Origin: Gemmatimonadota bacterium
GTDB taxonomy: Bacteria; Gemmatimonadota; Gemmatimonadetes; Palauibacterales; Palauibacteraceae
NCBI GenBank assembly: GCA_965116475.1
Contig: OZ220691.1
Location: 2,560,001-2,624,000 of the forward strand
DNA: 64,000 nt
Reading direction: 5' to 3'
Every line of letters begins with the position of its first letter. Positions within the stretch are counted from its first letter, which is position 1. The notes beneath the pieces are model-generated. The model did no database searches. It worked only from the letters and a program-made list of their open reading frames with translations, and had not been told where the DNA came from. A program made the translations under genes and the position numbers. Below, in pieces: positions 20,001 through 26,805 of the stretch.

Positions 20001-20273
20001 GAGGGCGAACTCGTGCAGCTCAAGAACACGGGGCCGGACGGGGTGCGCTGGCCCTCGATGATCGCCGGCCGCCTGCAGTACCTCCAGGGCGCGGTCGGCA
20101 CGGCCGACTTCCCGCCCACCGATCAGCACGCCGAGGTGGCGCAGCTCCTCAGCGACCAGATCGATGAAGTTCTGGTCCGGCTGGAAGCGGTGCTGGCCGA
20201 CGAACTCGCCGAGTTCAACCGGCTGCTCCAGGCAAGGGTCGGCCGCGTCATCACGACCGACCAGGACGGATAG
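17022..20273 (+). CDS. Secreted BNR/Asp-box repeat (VPS10/sortilin-like) beta-propeller protein
   Basis: Signal peptide; many S/T-x-D-G-G-x-T/S-W Asp-boxes; C-terminal helical region. Confidence 0.88.
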   Translation: MSNVRRFSISLALALAAAAPLAAQQLMPEQYEGLRARHIGPVGNRVSSVAGVPGDRNTYFAGAATGGIWKTDDAGLHWRPVFDDQPVHSIGALAVAPSDHAVVWAGTGETSIRSNVSIGNGVWKSTDGGESWTHMGLEGTGRVGRILIHPRDADIVYVAALGHAYAESDERGVYRTSDGGASWEKILFVDRGTGAYDMVMDPANPRKIFATMWDIDLKTWKRDSGGPGSGLHLTMDGGDTWTELEGNGLPTGTLGKIAVCMSHSDSDRVYALIETSDGVPMEGYETDTGELWSSDDGGRTWRLVNYSHDLATRQAYYTRCGVASDDRDELYFLSSSFSVSRDGGATYEMFNFLGGGPLGGDPAAPGWDLHDIWVDPENSDRVFIGGDSGVAITENRMKSWSRMQLPIAQMYHVTVDNEIPYNVMGNRQDGPSYHGPSNTRYSGFWARGLIPRGDWTTVGGGESGFATPDPTDPNIVWSSASGAGAVGGIVVRHDRERGQFRDVEVWPESTMGYPAEEIRYRFQWTFPLLISPHDHETIYVTSQHVHRTRNRGQSWEVISPDLSTNNRERMTISGGLTPDNIGVEFCCVIYAFDESPIEQGVFWAGTNDGLVQVSRDDGATWTNVTGNIPNLPPDGIVRSIDASRYDVAKAYITIEHHQVGDFDARAYKTDDFGETWTQITNGVDNYPVDYTRYLLEDPVRPGLLYLGTETNVYISYDDGESWQLFMPNLPPTPYYGLIIQEHFNDFVAGTYGRGYWILDDLSAVQQLTPEIAASDAHLFAPRDAYRFNDISEPQIMYEDWSVGQNPPNGASINYWLGGGDGREVQVRVENSDGETLATLDGSSHDGFNRVWWNFRGPDAKPIAYRTKPQFADWMPMPEVSRQVGGGFFGFGGGPRQPPGTYTVTLVVDGEDVGSEELTVLRDPSSEGSMADILAQKALLDDIVEDRNRLADAVNRIELLRRQIYDLRPVLEEAGDAGDALEAGEALDESLIEVEGELVQLKNTGPDGVRWPSMIAGRLQYLQGAVGTADFPPTDQHAEVAQLLSDQIDEVLVRLEAVLADELAEFNRLLQARVGRVITTDQDG

Positions 20274-20278
20274 CGCAG

Positions 20279-21244
20279 GTGCGCCGGGCGATCCTCCGGC
20301 TGGCGGCCGGGGGGGCGCTGGCCGGAGGCACGCTCGCCTGCGCACCGGGCCCGGACATCGCCCCCGAATCGCGCGCCGCGACGGCGGGGTTCTGCTCGAA
20401 CGTGCCCCGCGGGCAGTACGCCGACCTGGAGCGCGTCGAGATCGCGGACGACTGGTTCGAGGTGTATCGCGTCGCGCCTCGCGTGTACGCGATCTACGAG
20501 CCGCACCAGTTCCAGGAGGTCATCTCCTACCTCATCCTCGGCGATGAGGGCGCGCTCCTGTTCGACACAGGGATGGGGATCAGTTCCATTCGCGCCCTCG
20601 TTTCCGGACTCACCGATCTGCCGGTCACCGTGCTGAACTCGCACACCCACATGGACCACGTCGGAGGCAACGCGGAGTTCGAGCGCGTCCTCGCCCTCGA
20701 CACCGAGTTCACCCGTGCGCGAGCCCTCGGCCGCGGGAATGCGGACGTTCGGGGCGAGGTGCAAGAGAGCGCGCTTTGCCGGCCCCTCCCCGCGGGCGTC
20801 ACCGAGGACAGCTATCACACCCCCGCCTTCGAGATCGACGCTTTCGTCGGCGACGGGGACACGATCGACCTGGGGGGACGAACGCTCGAGATCATCGGGG
20901 CGCCCGGCCACACGCCCGATGCGATCGTCCTCCTCGACCGCGAAGCCGGGTTCCTGTGGACCGGGGACTCCTTTTACGAGGGCCCGATCTGGCTGTTCGC
21001 GCCCGAGACGGACCTGGAGGCGTACCGGACCTCGGTGGCCCGGCTCGCCGAGCTCGTGCCCGGGTTGACGACGCTGTTCACGGCCCACAACACGCCGGTC
21101 GCGCCGCCGTCGCGGCTGCTCGAGCTGCACGATGCCGTGGAAGCCATGTTCGAGGGCATCGCCGTCGGCAACCGGCTTCGGGACGGCGGCGTCGAGTTCG
21201 TGTTCGAAGGGTTCTCGATCATGGTCGGCCCGGACCCGCGGTGA
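20279..21244 (+). CDS. MBL-fold metallo-hydrolase, probable lipoprotein
   Basis: HTHMDH, PGHT, TGD and TAH metal ligands; TLAC lipobox-like. Confidence 0.88.
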   Translation: MRRAILRLAAGGALAGGTLACAPGPDIAPESRAATAGFCSNVPRGQYADLERVEIADDWFEVYRVAPRVYAIYEPHQFQEVISYLILGDEGALLFDTGMGISSIRALVSGLTDLPVTVLNSHTHMDHVGGNAEFERVLALDTEFTRARALGRGNADVRGEVQESALCRPLPAGVTEDSYHTPAFEIDAFVGDGDTIDLGGRTLEIIGAPGHTPDAIVLLDREAGFLWTGDSFYEGPIWLFAPETDLEAYRTSVARLAELVPGLTTLFTAHNTPVAPPSRLLELHDAVEAMFEGIAVGNRLRDGGVEFVFEGFSIMVGPDPR

Positions 21245-22212
21245 ACGACCCGATCCGGGGTTTTCTCGAGCGGGCGGGCTTCCTGGTCCTCGATGGGGGC
21301 CTGGCGACGGAACTCGAGGGGCTGGGCTGCGACCTCGACGACCCCCTGTGGTCCGCCCGCGCCCTCATCGAAGAGCCCGAGGCGATCCGCGCCGCGCACC
21401 GCCGCTTCCTGGAGGCGGGCGCCGACTGCATCGCCACCGCGACCTACCAGGCGACGTTCGAGGGCTTCGCGGCCCGGGGGCTCGACGCGGCGGCGACCGC
21501 CCGCCTCCTGCGCGCCTCCGTCGACCTGGCCATCTCGGCTCGCGAGGACTTTCTCGGCGGCGGAGCGGGGCCGGCGATCCGCCCGCCGCCGCTCGTCGCG
21601 GCGAGCATCGGGCCGTACGGGGCCCACCTGGCCGATGGATCGGAGTACACCGGCGACTACGGGCTCTCCGCAGCCGAGTTGTACGACTTCCACGCCCGAC
21701 GCTGGGAAGTCCTCGCCGAGACCCCGGCCGATGTCCTCGCCTGCGAGACCACGCCTTCCGTGGAGGAGACGCGCGCCTATTGCCGGCTCGCCGCGGTATC
21801 CCACCGCCCGACCTGGGTCAGCTTCCAGTGTCGCGACGCCGCGCGCCTCGCGGACGGCACCCCGCTCGAGACCGCCGTCGCCCTGTGCGACGCCGAACCC
21901 CACGTGGTCGCGGTCGGCGTGAACTGCGTCGATCCGCGCTTCGTGGCGCCGCTCGTCCGCGCGGCCCGGCGAGCGACCGAAAAACCGGTACTCGCCTATC
22001 CCAACTCGGGCGAGGCCTGGGACGCGGAGGCGAAGTGCTGGACGGGCCCCGCGACCCCGACGGACTGGGCCCGGGGCGCCGCGGAATGGCGGGAAGAGGG
22101 AGCCGACGGCGTTGGCGGCTGCTGCCGCGTGGGCCCCGCCGAGATCGCCGCCATCCGCGACGGAGCCGTACCTTCCGGGCCGACCGTCACTTCAGCCGAC
22201 TCTTCAACCTGA
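21241..22212 (+). CDS. mmuM: Homocysteine S-methyltransferase
   Basis: LDGGLATELE, LWSA, SIGPYGA...DGSEY, GVNC, YPNSGE and GGCC motifs; GTG start overlapping the upstream stop. Confidence 0.92.
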   Translation: MNDPIRGFLERAGFLVLDGGLATELEGLGCDLDDPLWSARALIEEPEAIRAAHRRFLEAGADCIATATYQATFEGFAARGLDAAATARLLRASVDLAISAREDFLGGGAGPAIRPPPLVAASIGPYGAHLADGSEYTGDYGLSAAELYDFHARRWEVLAETPADVLACETTPSVEETRAYCRLAAVSHRPTWVSFQCRDAARLADGTPLETAVALCDAEPHVVAVGVNCVDPRFVAPLVRAARRATEKPVLAYPNSGEAWDAEAKCWTGPATPTDWARGAAEWREEGADGVGGCCRVGPAEIAAIRDGAVPSGPTVTSADSST

Positions 22213-22225
22213 CCGGATAGCATCC

Positions 22226-23605
22226 ATGTGGCATGAGGACATCCTTGGCACGATCGGCGGCACGCCTCTCGTCCGCGTGAACCGCCTCGCCGCGCACCTC
22301 CCGGGCACGGTCCTCGCGAAGCTCGAGTACTTCAACCCCGGCGGCTCCGTGAAGGACCGCATCGGGATCTCGATGCTCGACGACGCCGAGGCACGGGGGG
22401 AGATCGCGCCCGGCGGCACGATCGTCGAGGGCACGAGCGGCAACACCGGCGTCGGGCTCGCGCTCGCCGCCATCGCGCGCGGCTACAAGTGCATCTTCGC
22501 GACCACGGACAAGCAGAGCCCCGAGAAGATCGCCATCCTGCGGGCGCTCGGGGCCGAGGTCATTGTCTGCCCGACCGCCGTGGACCCCGAGGATCCGCGC
22601 TCCTACTACCAGGTCTCGCGCCGGCTGGCGGAGGAGACGCCCAACTCCTTCTACATGAACCAGTACGACAACCCCGCCAACACGCTCGCCCACCTGCGGA
22701 CGACCGGCCCGGAGCTGTGGGAAGGGACCGGGGGGAGGATCACGCACCTCTTCGTCGGCTCCGGCACGGGCGGCACGATCTCGGGCTCCGCCGCCTACCT
22801 CAAGGAACGGAACCCCGAGGTCCGGATCATCGGCGTGGATCCGCATGGCTCCGTCTACTGGAAGTACTTTCACACCGGCGAGTTCGACGAAGACGAGATC
22901 CAGCCCTACGTCACCGAAGGGGTGGGAGAGGACATCCTCGCGGGCAACATGAACTTCGACATCGTCGACGACTACGTGCGCGTCACGGACCGGGAGTCGA
23001 TGCTCATGACCCGCCGTCTCGCGCGCGAGGAGGGGATGTTCCTCGGCGGTTCCTGCGGCATGGCGATGGCCGGCGCCCTGCAGTGGATGGAGGCGAACCG
23101 CGACGCGACCGACGACGACGCGGTCCTCGTCGTGGTCATGCCCGACGGCGGCTATCGCGCGCTCGGAAAGGTCTACAACGACGTCTGGATGCAGGAGCAC
23201 GGCTTCCTCGACGAGGGCGAAACCCTCACCGCGGGAGCGCTCGCCACGCGCCGGTCGACGGAGAGGCCGCTGGTGTCCGCCCCGGTCGACATGTCGCTGG
23301 AGGACGCGATCGCGTCGATGCGCGAGCACGCGATTTCGCAGTTGCCGGTGATGGAGGGAGGAGACGTCGTTGGCAGCCTCATCGAGCAGAACATCCTCCG
23401 CTTCCTCATGGGAGACCCCGACGCGCGGAGACGCCTCGTGCGCGACGTCATGGGCCCGCCCTTCCCGGTCGTGGAGGCCTCGAGCCCCGTGCACGCGTTC
23501 GCGAACGCGCTCAGCGGAGACCAGCCCGCCGTGCTCGTGCGGCGAGAAGACGGCACGCTCGCCATCCTCACCCGCTCCGACCTGATCTCCGCCCTCGGCG
23601 CGTAG
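22226..23605 (+). CDS. cbs: Cystathionine beta-synthase (PLP-dependent, C-terminal CBS domains)
   Basis: NPGGSVKDRI PLP-Lys motif, TSGNTG, GTGGT, EGVGED, and a C-terminal CBS pair. Confidence 0.88.
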   Translation: MWHEDILGTIGGTPLVRVNRLAAHLPGTVLAKLEYFNPGGSVKDRIGISMLDDAEARGEIAPGGTIVEGTSGNTGVGLALAAIARGYKCIFATTDKQSPEKIAILRALGAEVIVCPTAVDPEDPRSYYQVSRRLAEETPNSFYMNQYDNPANTLAHLRTTGPELWEGTGGRITHLFVGSGTGGTISGSAAYLKERNPEVRIIGVDPHGSVYWKYFHTGEFDEDEIQPYVTEGVGEDILAGNMNFDIVDDYVRVTDRESMLMTRRLAREEGMFLGGSCGMAMAGALQWMEANRDATDDDAVLVVVMPDGGYRALGKVYNDVWMQEHGFLDEGETLTAGALATRRSTERPLVSAPVDMSLEDAIASMREHAISQLPVMEGGDVVGSLIEQNILRFLMGDPDARRRLVRDVMGPPFPVVEASSPVHAFANALSGDQPAVLVRREDGTLAILTRSDLISALGA

Positions 23606-23614
23606 AAGCGACGG

Positions 23615-23779
23615 ATGAGCAAGCCGGAAGGGACCGATGAGCGTATGCCGAAGAAGCTCCCCATCGAGGAGTGGATCAAGAAAGTCCGCGCGGACAAAGC
23701 CCGGGCTCGCAAGGAGGGGTCAAAGAACCGCGTGACCACCGAGAGCATCCTGCGAGCGAGAGACGCCGACCGGAAGTAA
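23615..23779 (+). CDS. 54-aa basic ORF resembling the C-terminal half of a VapB/FitA-like antitoxin (possible remnant)
   Basis: Translated by eye: MSKPEGTDERMPKKLPIEEWIKKVRADKARARKEGSKNRVTTESILRARDADRK; below the ORF-track cutoff; family call from recollection only. Confidence 0.35.
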   Translation: MSKPEGTDERMPKKLPIEEWIKKVRADKARARKEGSKNRVTTESILRARDADRK

Positions 23780-23785
23780 CGGTCG

Positions 23786-24529
23786 TCAGCCTACCACGGG
23801 TTGGTAGTCACTCCCGTTCATCGGCTCGTAGCGGTCCCACCGGCCTTGCATCTCGATCAGAACGCGCTGCTTTGACGGTGCGGGTTGCGGATTCATCCTT
23901 ACCACCCGTGCCGAGTATCGGTCAGGCACTTCCGCCATGGCCATCGCCAGGTCGGAGGCCAGATAACGAGGCGCCCAACCGATCATGAAGTAGTCCTCAG
24001 TCTGGATTTGGACGGCGAACCCGGTGACTGGATTGGTGAGCTCCACCGTGACGTACAGCGCTTCTCCCGGTGTCAGGCGCTCGAGACGCTCCTTGGCCGC
24101 AGAATTGACGTGCCGCCAACCGTGGAGGAAAAACCGGCACGAAAACGATCCGTCCGCATCTCTCTCGATCTTCGGGAAGACCTCGTAGGCATCTGTCTGG
24201 CGGTAACCACCGTTCGCCGCCAGGATTTCAATCGGGTCGGCCTTATGACCCAGGTCCAGATTGCGAAGGTAGTCCCCCAGGTCCGGCCTGCCGGGGTTGA
24301 TCACTCGGTTCTGAAACAGCGGAAACAGGCTCGACGCCTTGTAATCCTCCTCCAGCTCCGGGAACTCGACGAGCAGCGGAAACCCTGCTTCGGCCTGGGC
24401 TCGCCTGGCGCCGCCGGTGTAGCGGAACCGGTACTCCGGTTGAGATACGTCCGCATCGAGACGGCCGACGGGGAACCACTGCCGCCTATCCTCTTCCTGC
24501 CACGCCAGGAACAGAGTTTTCGGAGTCAT
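23786..24529 (-). CDS. HipS-like/HIRAN-domain protein, putative antitoxin
   Basis: LFLAWQ...WFPVGRL...YRFRY...LFPLFQNRV N-domain; C-terminal FFLHGWRH...ELTNP...AVQI...IGWAPRYL HIRAN-like; ATGA-coupled to the kinase. Confidence 0.75.
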   Translation of the reverse strand: MTPKTLFLAWQEEDRRQWFPVGRLDADVSQPEYRFRYTGGARRAQAEAGFPLLVEFPELEEDYKASSLFPLFQNRVINPGRPDLGDYLRNLDLGHKADPIEILAANGGYRQTDAYEVFPKIERDADGSFSCRFFLHGWRHVNSAAKERLERLTPGEALYVTVELTNPVTGFAVQIQTEDYFMIGWAPRYLASDLAMAMAEVPDRYSARVVRMNPQPAPSKQRVLIEMQGRWDRYEPMNGSDYQPVVG

Positions 24530-25416
24530 CGAGCGACCTCCCGTAGCTGGTCTCGATTGTAGCAGATCAGTTCGACGACAAACGCCCGTGCGGTATCCGA
24601 CATCCAATCAACCGGCACGCGACGCACAAGCTCCGCTACGAGGGAATCAGTCAACGCGTCCACACGTTCCAAGATACTGCGGAAATAGGGCCCGTGCCTT
24701 TCAGCCGCCTCCCGCACCAGCGTCAGGGGACTCGGACCGTACCGCGCATCCCCCGACCAGTGGATTCCTCCACGGCCCCTCTCCGAATACCAACCCACCC
24801 TCTTCTCGTTCAACAGGAGGGTTCGCCTTTCGTCACGAAGCTCCCTCCCAAGCGAGGAGGCGTGATCGAACGACGGGGCAAGCCCACCTTTCCAATTCTC
24901 TCCAACGCGACGCCGCAGGAAGCCCCAGTTCTCGTGATGGCGATCGGTGTTCCCAATCACCGCGTCCAACACCAGATACCCCGCAAACGCCGTCCGGTTT
25001 GTTTCGGCTGCGGCTCGCTCCCGAAAGATCCGGTCGAATGATGCCCAGATGTTGCTGAACGAATGGTCCGATTGACCGAACCTGGCTGTTCGATCGTAGC
25101 CCTCCACCGTCCGCGCAAGGACCTGGTTTCCGTGAACCAGCTCGGTGCTTCCCGGAGCGAAGGACTCGGAGATCGACCCACGTTCGCTCTCAAACTCGGC
25201 CAGTTCGGTTCTCGCGTGCCGGATGCCCAGAGCTCGCGCGATTTCGGCCGCAATCTTCTCCGCCCAATGCTGACCGGTGTTGGGTTGGGGATACTTGAAG
25301 AGCCATGCTGGTCCGTGACCCTCGGCTTTTCGATACCAGAACTTCCGCTTGGTGCCCATGTCTTCCGGTCCACGCCATTCCGGATCCACCACGACAACGG
25401 GATAGTTCTCAAGCAC
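24526..25416 (-). CDS. HipA-like Ser/Thr kinase
   Basis: GTKRK loop, WLFKYP, WAEKIAAE, catalytic GNTDRHHENWG and LAPSFDH motifs. Confidence 0.85.
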   Translation of the reverse strand: MLENYPVVVVDPEWRGPEDMGTKRKFWYRKAEGHGPAWLFKYPQPNTGQHWAEKIAAEIARALGIRHARTELAEFESERGSISESFAPGSTELVHGNQVLARTVEGYDRTARFGQSDHSFSNIWASFDRIFRERAAAETNRTAFAGYLVLDAVIGNTDRHHENWGFLRRRVGENWKGGLAPSFDHASSLGRELRDERRTLLLNEKRVGWYSERGRGGIHWSGDARYGPSPLTLVREAAERHGPYFRSILERVDALTDSLVAELVRRVPVDWMSDTARAFVVELICYNRDQLREVAR

Positions 25417-25434
25417 GATTGACGCCGGCGCGAA

Positions 25435-25905
25435 CTAGCCTTCGCCGGGGAGGGAGTAGAGGTGGGCGGTGACGAGGGCGGCGACGAGCAGGAGGAGGGC
25501 GACGAGCCAGAGTTGCCCGGCGGCGAACACGGCGGAGATGAGGATCGCGCTCCACAGGAAGATCGTTGCGCCGCGCCGCACGCGCGTGGAGATCACGCCG
25601 CGCTCCCGGTAGGCGGCGAGGTAGCGGCCGAAGAGGCGGTTCTCGTACAGCCAGCGCTCGGCACGAGGCGAGCTGCGCGCGAAGCACCACGCGGCGAGCA
25701 GGAGGAAACAGGTCGTGGGCCAGAGCGGCACCACGATGCCGATGACGCCGGCGCTCACGCTCAGGCTTCCCACGCCCAGGAAGACGGCTCGTCGCACCGG
25801 GCCGGGCAGTGAACGCGCCACGCGCTCCGCGGCCTCGTGATCGACGGGGCAGCGCGCGGACGCCGACCGGGGCGCGGCTTGGCCGTGGGGCGAGCTATGG
25901 GGCAT
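25435..25905 (-). CDS. YbaN/DUF454 family inner-membrane protein
   Basis: GIVVPLWPTTCFLLLAAWCFARSSPR...WL...LFG motif. Confidence 0.85.
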   Translation of the reverse strand: MPHSSPHGQAAPRSASARCPVDHEAAERVARSLPGPVRRAVFLGVGSLSVSAGVIGIVVPLWPTTCFLLLAAWCFARSSPRAERWLYENRLFGRYLAAYRERGVISTRVRRGATIFLWSAILISAVFAAGQLWLVALLLLVAALVTAHLYSLPGEG

Positions 25906-25954
25906 GTGTTCGGCGAACTCCGTCTGGTCCGGGAATCTTCCGACCGGGGGATCA

Positions 25955-26028
25955 TGCGCCCGGGAGGACTCGAACCCCCAGCCTTCTGATCCGAAGTCAG
26001 ACGCTCTGTCCAATTGAGCTACGGGCGC
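25955..26028 (-). tRNA. tRNA-Arg, anticodon UCG (no encoded CCA)
   Basis: Reverse complement GCGCCCGTAGCTCAATTGGACAGAGCGTCTGACTTCGGATCAGAAGGCTGGGGGTTCGAGTCCTCCCGGGCGCA forms a full cloverleaf with anticodon loop CT-TCG-GA. Confidence 0.95.
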
Positions 26029-26046
26029 GGGTGGCGCGCGCCGAAA

Positions 26047-26075
26047 ACGGTAGAACCGGCCCGCGTCCGATGCAA
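26047..26075 (-). promoter_or_regulatory. Sigma70-type promoter for tRNA-Arg
   Basis: Minus strand TTGCAT, 17-nt spacer, TACCGT, 18 nt upstream of the tRNA 5' end. Confidence 0.55.
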
Positions 26076-26205
26076 CTCCGATCCGCCGTTTCTCGCCGGA
26101 ACGCCCGTGTGGGAGCCGACACCCCGGCGCTCCCGGTCGTTCGCGGATTTCCGAGACACGGCGCTAGATTCGGGGACGCCCAACCACGTCACCCGGAGCG
26201 GAACG

Positions 26206-26805
26206 ATGCGACGACTGCGTACACTCTTCCTCCTCGGCGCGCTGGCCGCCGGACCCCTGGCGCTAGCGGCGCCCGCCCCCTCCCTTGCCCAGAGCCGCGC
26301 GAACGTGGCCATGGCGGAGAGCTGGCCCGACGCCGATCCCGGCGACGTGGAGTCGGTCGACAGCATCCTGACCGCGCTCTACGACGTCATCTCGGGCCCG
26401 GCCGGACAGGCGCGCGACTGGGACCGCTTCCGCTCCCTGTTCATCCCGGAGGCCCGGCTCATTCCCACGGGGCGGTCCCCGGAGGGCGAGCACGGCTACC
26501 AGGTGTGGAGCCCGGGAGAATACGCCGAACAGGCGGGCGGCTACCTCGAGCAGAACGGGTTCTTCGAGCGGGAGATCGCCCGCAGCGAGGAGCGCTTCGG
26601 CCCCGTCGTCCACGCCTTCTCGACCTACGACTCGAAGCGCACCGCAGACGACCCCGAGCCGTTCGCGCGCGGCATCAACTCCATCCAGCTCATGCACGAC
26701 GGCGACCGCTGGTACGTCGTCACGATCTACTGGGCCGCGGAACGGCCGGATCTGCCGATTCCGGGACAGTATCTGCCCTCCAGGAACGGAGGAGGCGCCC
26801 CGTGA
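26206..26805 (+). CDS. Secreted NTF2-like fold protein
   Basis: Signal peptide; YDVISGPAG...RDWDRFRSLF...RGINSIQL...RWYV pattern. Confidence 0.7.
   Translation: MRRLRTLFLLGALAAGPLALAAPAPSLAQSRANVAMAESWPDADPGDVESVDSILTALYDVISGPAGQARDWDRFRSLFIPEARLIPTGRSPEGEHGYQVWSPGEYAEQAGGYLEQNGFFEREIARSEERFGPVVHAFSTYDSKRTADDPEPFARGINSIQLMHDGDRWYVVTIYWAAERPDLPIPGQYLPSRNGGGAP

Noticed and set aside
16881..20345. 1154-aa antisense ORF and many other long overlapping ORFs (e.g. 863-2632, 44884-47235, 50167-52302)
   Set aside because: Shadow frames of well-supported genes; stop-codon scarcity at very high GC explains them and they carry no recognisable motifs.
20279..21244. Metallo-beta-lactamase resistance gene
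   Set aside because: HxHxDH only shows the MBL fold; nothing supports beta-lactamase specificity.
25905..26013. N-terminal extension of the 25435-26013 ORF
   Set aside because: It runs through the tRNA gene; the ybaN-like start is more plausibly at 25905 or later.
23606..26028. tRNA-anchored integrative element or prophage
   Set aside because: No integrase, no duplicated tRNA 3' end or flanking direct repeats seen, and host-like ybaN lies between the tRNA and the AT-richer genes.
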